From positions 1,966 to 65,965 of the forward strand of contig CAIJYD010000081.1 of the NCBI GenBank assembly GCA_903824785.1: DNA of 64,000 bases, given 5' to 3'. Shown one piece after another: positions 59,565 to 64,000 of the stretch (positions are counted from its first letter, which is position 1; the number at the start of each line of letters is the position of its first letter). This DNA comes from an uncultured Bacteroidota bacterium (lineage in GTDB: Bacteria; Bacteroidota; Bacteroidia; Bacteroidales; VadinHA17). The notes below the pieces were generated by a model. That model saw nothing but the letters and a program-made list of their open reading frames with translations, did no database searches and had not been told where the DNA came from. The position numbers and the translations under genes are program-made.

Positions 59565-60581
59565 ATGACAAGACGTGAAATAATCAGAACAGTCCTGGAC
59601 GGAGGCAATCCTCCATATACCCCCTGGTCGTTCAAGTTCACCATGGAGCCTAAAAAAATCCTTATGGATCATTTTAAAACTGATGATCTGGATAATATTC
59701 TCTACAACCATATCCTGATGCTGGGAGCCGACATCGGTTTTTTTGACAAGGTTGGCGATAATCTTTACCGCGATGTTTTCGGGGCAGTTTGGGACCGCAG
59801 CATAGATAAGGATATTGGCAATATCAAGGGAAATATTATTACGGAACCATCCTTAAGCAATTACACCTTCCCTGATCCGTACGACAAACGTTATTTTGCC
59901 GATATAGAACCATCGATCAGGGCAAAACCGGATATGTTCAGGCTGTTCCAGATAGGCTTTTCTCTTTATGAACGTGCCTGGACATTACGTGGCATGGAGA
60001 ACCTTCTGATGGATTTAATGGTCAATCCGGGTTTTGTTCACGAACTTCTTACAGCCATTGCCGATTATAACATTGCCCACCTTAAAGAGGCAATGAAATA
60101 TGATATTGATGCAGTTTCATTTGGTGATGACTGGGGACAACAGCATGGACTTATAATGGGTTATGATGCCTGGAAAGAGTTCATTTATCCTCAGTTAAAA
60201 CGAATGTACAAAGCTGTCCATGACGGAGGGAAGTATGTATTTATTCACTCCTGCGGTGATGTTGATGAGCTTTTTGACGACCTTACCGAAATTGGAGTCA
60301 ACTGCTTCAACCCTTTTCAGCCTGAAGTAATGGATGTAGATGATCTGATGATTAAATACCGCGGCAGGCTTACCTTTCATGGAGGCTTGTCGATACAGAA
60401 GACCCTCCCCTACGGAACGGTGGAAGAGGTACGTCTGGCATCAGAAAAGCTTCTTAAAGCCGGTCTTGAAGGATCGTATATCTTTTCCCCATCTCATGCA
60501 GTTGAAGGAGATACATCTTTAGATAACATGCTGACATTTATTGAAGCCGCAAAATCCCAGGTCAGGTCAATAAGAAACTAA
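59565..60581 (+). CDS. URO-D/CIMS family protein (H-x-C...H type)
   Basis: [51 protein letters not shown]. Confidence 0.88.
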   Translation: MTRREIIRTVLDGGNPPYTPWSFKFTMEPKKILMDHFKTDDLDNILYNHILMLGADIGFFDKVGDNLYRDVFGAVWDRSIDKDIGNIKGNIITEPSLSNYTFPDPYDKRYFADIEPSIRAKPDMFRLFQIGFSLYERAWTLRGMENLLMDLMVNPGFVHELLTAIADYNIAHLKEAMKYDIDAVSFGDDWGQQHGLIMGYDAWKEFIYPQLKRMYKAVHDGGKYVFIHSCGDVDELFDDLTEIGVNCFNPFQPEVMDVDDLMIKYRGRLTFHGGLSIQKTLPYGTVEEVRLASEKLLKAGLEGSYIFSPSHAVEGDTSLDNMLTFIEAAKSQVRSIRN

Positions 60582-60582
60582 T

Positions 60583-61992
60583 ATGCAAGAACAACCAAAA
60601 ATCAACACGAAATATGTCTTATTCCTGGCACTGGTATCAGCTATGGGAGGCCTTCTATTCGGATACGACTGGGTAGTTATCGGTGGAGCAAAACCCTTTT
60701 ATGAACGCTATTTTGACATAACCTCCTCCGCAACCTTTCAGGGATTTGCAATGAGCAGTGCCCTTTTTGGCTGTCTTATCGGAGCTGCTGTTTCGGGGTA
60801 TATCACCGATAAATACGGACGAAAGCTCCCCCTGCTTTTTGCAGCTTTCCTCTTTATTTTCACATCACTTGGGACCGGTGCTTTCAACTCATTCTCGTTG
60901 TTCATTACATTCAGGATCATTGGTGGAATAGGTATCGGAATAGCATCAAATGTTTCACCGGTTTATATTGCTGAAATAGCCCCTGCGCACATGCGCGGAA
61001 AGCTTGTTGCCATTAATCAGCTTACCATTGCCTTAGGAGTCCTGGGAGCTCAGCTTACCAATATGCTGATTGCCGATCCTGTCCCGGTTGGGGCAAGTGA
61101 TCTTCTAATCAGCAACTCATGGAACGGGCAGATGGGCTGGAGATGGATGTTCTGGGCATGCAGTGTCCCGGCCACCCTCTTTTTTGTTTTAATGTGGCTT
61201 GTTCCTGAAAGCCCCAGATGGCTGGCTAAAGCAGGCAAAAGAGATAAAGCCGCACGAATATTTGAGAGAATAGGCGGAAGTGAATATGCCAGAAAAGAGA
61301 CGGAAGAAATTTTTACCACTCTTAATAATTCTGATGACGATGGCAAAAAGGTGAATTTCTCTCATCTCTTTTCGAAACAGCTTATGCCGGTTATTATGCT
61401 TGGAATAATACTTGCGGTATTTCAGCAATGGTGTGGCATAAATGTAATTTTCAATTATGCTGAAGAGATCTTTTCGGCAGCAGGTTACGGAATATCGGGA
61501 ACATTATTCAATATTGTGCTTACCGGAAGCGTCAGCCTTATATTTACTATTGTCTCTATGTTCATGGTAGACCGGTGGGGTCGCAAGGCACTGATGCTCA
61601 CTGGAGCAGGCGGACTTGCAATTGTTTATGTAATTATTGCAACAAGTTATTTCCTTCAGATAAAAGGTGTTTTTCTGCTTTTCTGGGTTGTAACAGCAAT
61701 AAGTATCTACAGCCTCACTTTAGCTCCAATAACATGGGTTTTGCTCTCTGAGATCTTCCCGAATAAAGTACGGGGTCATGCAATGTCGGTAGCCACATTT
61801 GCCCTCTGGCTCTCCTGTGCCATATTAACTATCTCATTCCCATTCCTTAACAGGGCATTTGGGACATCCGGGACATTTACTGTTTATGCAGTCATCTGTT
61901 TCCTGGGCTTCTTCTACATTCTGAAAAAGCTCCCTGAAACAAAAGGAAAATCTCTTGAACAGATAGAGAAAGAGTTATCCGTCAAATTCTGA
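60583..61992 (+). CDS. Sugar porter family MFS transporter (XylE/AraE-like)
   Basis: AMGGLLFGYDWVVIGGAKPF, YIAEIAP..RG, PESPRWL, FQQWCGIN, DRWGRK, LSEIFP, PETKGKSLE. Confidence 0.95.
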   Translation: MQEQPKINTKYVLFLALVSAMGGLLFGYDWVVIGGAKPFYERYFDITSSATFQGFAMSSALFGCLIGAAVSGYITDKYGRKLPLLFAAFLFIFTSLGTGAFNSFSLFITFRIIGGIGIGIASNVSPVYIAEIAPAHMRGKLVAINQLTIALGVLGAQLTNMLIADPVPVGASDLLISNSWNGQMGWRWMFWACSVPATLFFVLMWLVPESPRWLAKAGKRDKAARIFERIGGSEYARKETEEIFTTLNNSDDDGKKVNFSHLFSKQLMPVIMLGIILAVFQQWCGINVIFNYAEEIFSAAGYGISGTLFNIVLTGSVSLIFTIVSMFMVDRWGRKALMLTGAGGLAIVYVIIATSYFLQIKGVFLLFWVVTAISIYSLTLAPITWVLLSEIFPNKVRGHAMSVATFALWLSCAILTISFPFLNRAFGTSGTFTVYAVICFLGFFYILKKLPETKGKSLEQIEKELSVKF

Positions 61993-62003
61993 ATCCGTTG
62001 GAC

Positions 62004-63239
62004 CTATTTAAGGTTGCCTGTTCTTACCTGTAATGGTTGTATAAGAGGTAAATTATTTGCCGGCCTGTCCAGGTAGAAGTATGCTGTTGCCGCCATATCA
62101 TCTGACCTGTAAAAATTGGTCCAGGCCTCCGGGAGCTTCGGGTCTTCAAGGTTTACTGTACTATCTTTTTTGTAGATCTGAATCATTACCGGTGCGTTAT
62201 GAATTGTAACAGGAACGAGATTAACATTTTGTTTCTGCAGCTCAATTACCCTTCCTTTTGAGTTACCGCCCATCTGCTGTATTGTTACACGGCAATCGGT
62301 TTTAAAATAGACAGGATCGGGAATATGAAACCGGTAGAAAGCCCACTGAAGATTTTTGCTGTCGGCAATAAGGCAACCGGTATACTTGTTTATAAACTGA
62401 CCCTGTCCCCATGCTGTACCGATATAGTCTTCTGTTCCCGATCCAACCATTGTCGGGAACTTATCATCGCCATTCAGATAGATCTTTACCTCGCCCTCGC
62501 CCCACCAGCAATCTTTATACTGAGGGTTGGCATTAATGGAAATGTTGGTTCCCAGAAACCTTCCTTTCCCGGTTACTTCAGGCATTATCTCAAAATCATT
62601 TTCAAGGGATGTTGCTGTGTCTCTGTGCCAGAAGCTGTGGAAATAGAGAAAGTTATCATCCCACTCTTTAAGAAGTTGCAGATCGATATCATAGAATACC
62701 ATAGGAAGGTCTTTCGCCGATTCATTGACGAGTTCAATTCTGGCAGCCTCTTTAAAAGGCATCTGAATGAAGCAGTTAAAGGAACGGCCTTCAGGGTTGG
62801 CAAACAGGGCGTTTTCGTAAACAGCAGTTTTTCCAAGACCAATTCCGAAGAAATCACCAAAAGGGACCGAGACAGCAGGTTTCTTCTCATTATCCCAGTA
62901 CATATTAATAATGAGACTCCTGAGCATTTCAGGAGAACGGTCGCTGATAGTGATCCAGATCCTGTTAATGATGCCGGGGCCCGTCATATTGAGCAATGTC
63001 TTTGATGCCCCTGCGGTAATGCTGTCGCAGGCATGGCCTTTAGCACCATTGTTTTCCATACCCCCTTTGCCTTTCGATCCGGTGGTATTTTCAAAACTCA
63101 CCCACCGCGGATCTAAGTTGCCGGAATATTCAAAGATGTTTGCCGGCAGGATATTTTCTGATCGGGTGCCGGGTTGTTTGTTATTACCACAGCTATAAAG
63201 AGTTATGATAACGATAAGGATTGTAAGTTTTGATTTCAT
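62004..63239 (-). CDS. GH172 (DUF2961) glycoside hydrolase lipoprotein
   Basis: Lipobox LYSC; SFEN.TG.KG.GG, GPGII.RIW.T, VPFGDFFG, WWGEGE.K, GTEDY, YRFHI.DP. Confidence 0.9.
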   Translation of the reverse strand: MKSKLTILIVIITLYSCGNNKQPGTRSENILPANIFEYSGNLDPRWVSFENTTGSKGKGGMENNGAKGHACDSITAGASKTLLNMTGPGIINRIWITISDRSPEMLRSLIINMYWDNEKKPAVSVPFGDFFGIGLGKTAVYENALFANPEGRSFNCFIQMPFKEAARIELVNESAKDLPMVFYDIDLQLLKEWDDNFLYFHSFWHRDTATSLENDFEIMPEVTGKGRFLGTNISINANPQYKDCWWGEGEVKIYLNGDDKFPTMVGSGTEDYIGTAWGQGQFINKYTGCLIADSKNLQWAFYRFHIPDPVYFKTDCRVTIQQMGGNSKGRVIELQKQNVNLVPVTIHNAPVMIQIYKKDSTVNLEDPKLPEAWTNFYRSDDMAATAYFYLDRPANNLPLIQPLQVRTGNLK

Positions 63240-63581
63240 TTTGACCTGTTTAATTATTTACCGGGTATGGGATCTCTTTTGGTTTTTAAAGATAATAATT
63301 TAACACAAATGTCCGGATGAAATATGGATATTCACAGCTAATTACTTTTGCTTTATTCTCAGGGTTAGCTCTCCCGGAACGGAACGTTTTTGATTATTAT
63401 AAAAACCTCACTGACGATTGTATCAGTTTTTGTTAACCTCAGAGATAAACTAATGAAATAAAATATTTATTGGTAATCGTTTAAAGCTGATTAGGTTGAG
63501 AAATATTCAAGTTATAAAGGAATTGAATGGTTAAGATAAAATTAAAAACAAGGGCGGTTGATGTTATAAAGAAAAAAAGCT

Positions 63582-63589
63582 TAACTTTG
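63582..63589 (+). promoter_or_regulatory. Bacteroidota -7 box (TAACTTTG) for the integrase
   Basis: Exact TAnnTTTG match 49 nt before ATG 63639, with GTTG 21 nt further upstream. Confidence 0.5.
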
Positions 63590-63638
63590 GTTAATCGCTT
63601 CCCTTGGAATGGGGTAAATTTTCATAATTCAATATCTT

Positions 63639-64000
63639 ATGGAAATAGTTATTATAAAAAAGCAGCTTCACCGCTGTGAGAGTCAACTGCTGCTAAGTTT
63701 TAAATATAATCTTGAGATACAATCCATTATCAAAGAGTTTGCTAATGCCAAGTGGAGTATTTCACGAAAATGCTGGTATGTGCCTGACGATCCCGGAATG
63801 GCTTCGAAACTTGAAAATTTATTAAAAGGGAAAGCCATACTGCATTTTTCTGATCTGGAACCGGCGCTATATTCTGATACTTGTACCACCAGGGAAGTTG
63901 ATAATAAGAGATCGGAAGAGAAAGATATTGATAAAGAAAAAATTGAAGATTTGAGAAGGTGGATGATCAACAGAAGGTATAGCGAATCGACTGTTGACAC
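63639..64000 (+). CDS. Partial tyrosine recombinase/integrase (N-terminal + SAM-like domain), runs off right edge
   Basis: Hand translation MEIVIIKKQLHR...AKWSISRKCWYVPD...IEDLRRWMINRRYSESTVD. The WS..K.WY.P and R.YS.ST motifs are typical of Bacteroidota XerD/IntI-like integrases. Not in the ORF track. Confidence 0.75.
   Translation, partial: MEIVIIKKQLHRCESQLLLSFKYNLEIQSIIKEFANAKWSISRKCWYVPDDPGMASKLENLLKGKAILHFSDLEPALYSDTCTTREVDNKRSEEKDIDKEKIEDLRRWMINRRYSESTVD

Noticed and set aside
62325-63005. 226-aa plus-strand ORF, and many similar 60-180 aa ORFs (e.g. 3772-4302, 54627-55094, 57781-58260)
   Set aside because: Antisense or out-of-frame shadows of well-supported genes, with no recognisable motifs
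63683-64000. 105-aa minus-strand ORF in the track
   Set aside because: Shadow of the plus-strand integrase frame, which has family motifs and a promoter
1-64000. tRNA, rRNA or riboswitch (including a cobalamin riboswitch)
   Set aside because: None recognised by eye in the short AT-rich spacers; an Infernal/Rfam scan would be needed to exclude them

Overview
A densely coding, roughly 64-kb carbohydrate-utilisation region. It most likely comes from a Bacteroidota (Bacteroidales-like) genome, inferred from TAnnTTTG promoter boxes, lipoprotein signal peptides, a TonB receptor + DUF4249 pair and the gene families present. About 40 CDS are present. The core is a 14-gene minus-strand run of about 29 kb (4x GH38, GH36, GH20, 2x six-hairpin GH63-like, DUF6067/GH123-like, an M14 peptidase, unknown TIM-barrel GHs, cellobiose 2-epimerase). 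It faces a divergent catabolic operon (D-lyxose/mannose isomerase, PfkB kinase, MtlD-like dehydrogenase, DUF998, URO-D-like protein, sugar porter). The most striking feature is five cytoplasmic URO-D/MtaA-CmuA-fold paralogues with different metal-ligand sets. Four sit beside MFS transporters and one ends the GH operon, and the window has no corrinoid protein, SusC/SusD pair or regulator. This is a candidate undescribed pathway for importing and processing (possibly O-demethylating) modified sugars. Also seen: a DoxX-TIM-barrel fusion facing DUF1080, an inserted AAA-DUF4143 gene, TAATGGT heptamer arrays, a REP-like palindrome cluster, and a recurrent upstream GTTTCAAA motif. Two edge-truncated genes missed by the ORF track are a metallophosphoesterase at the left end and a tyrosine integrase at the right. 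All family assignments come from motif recognition by eye, not database searches.
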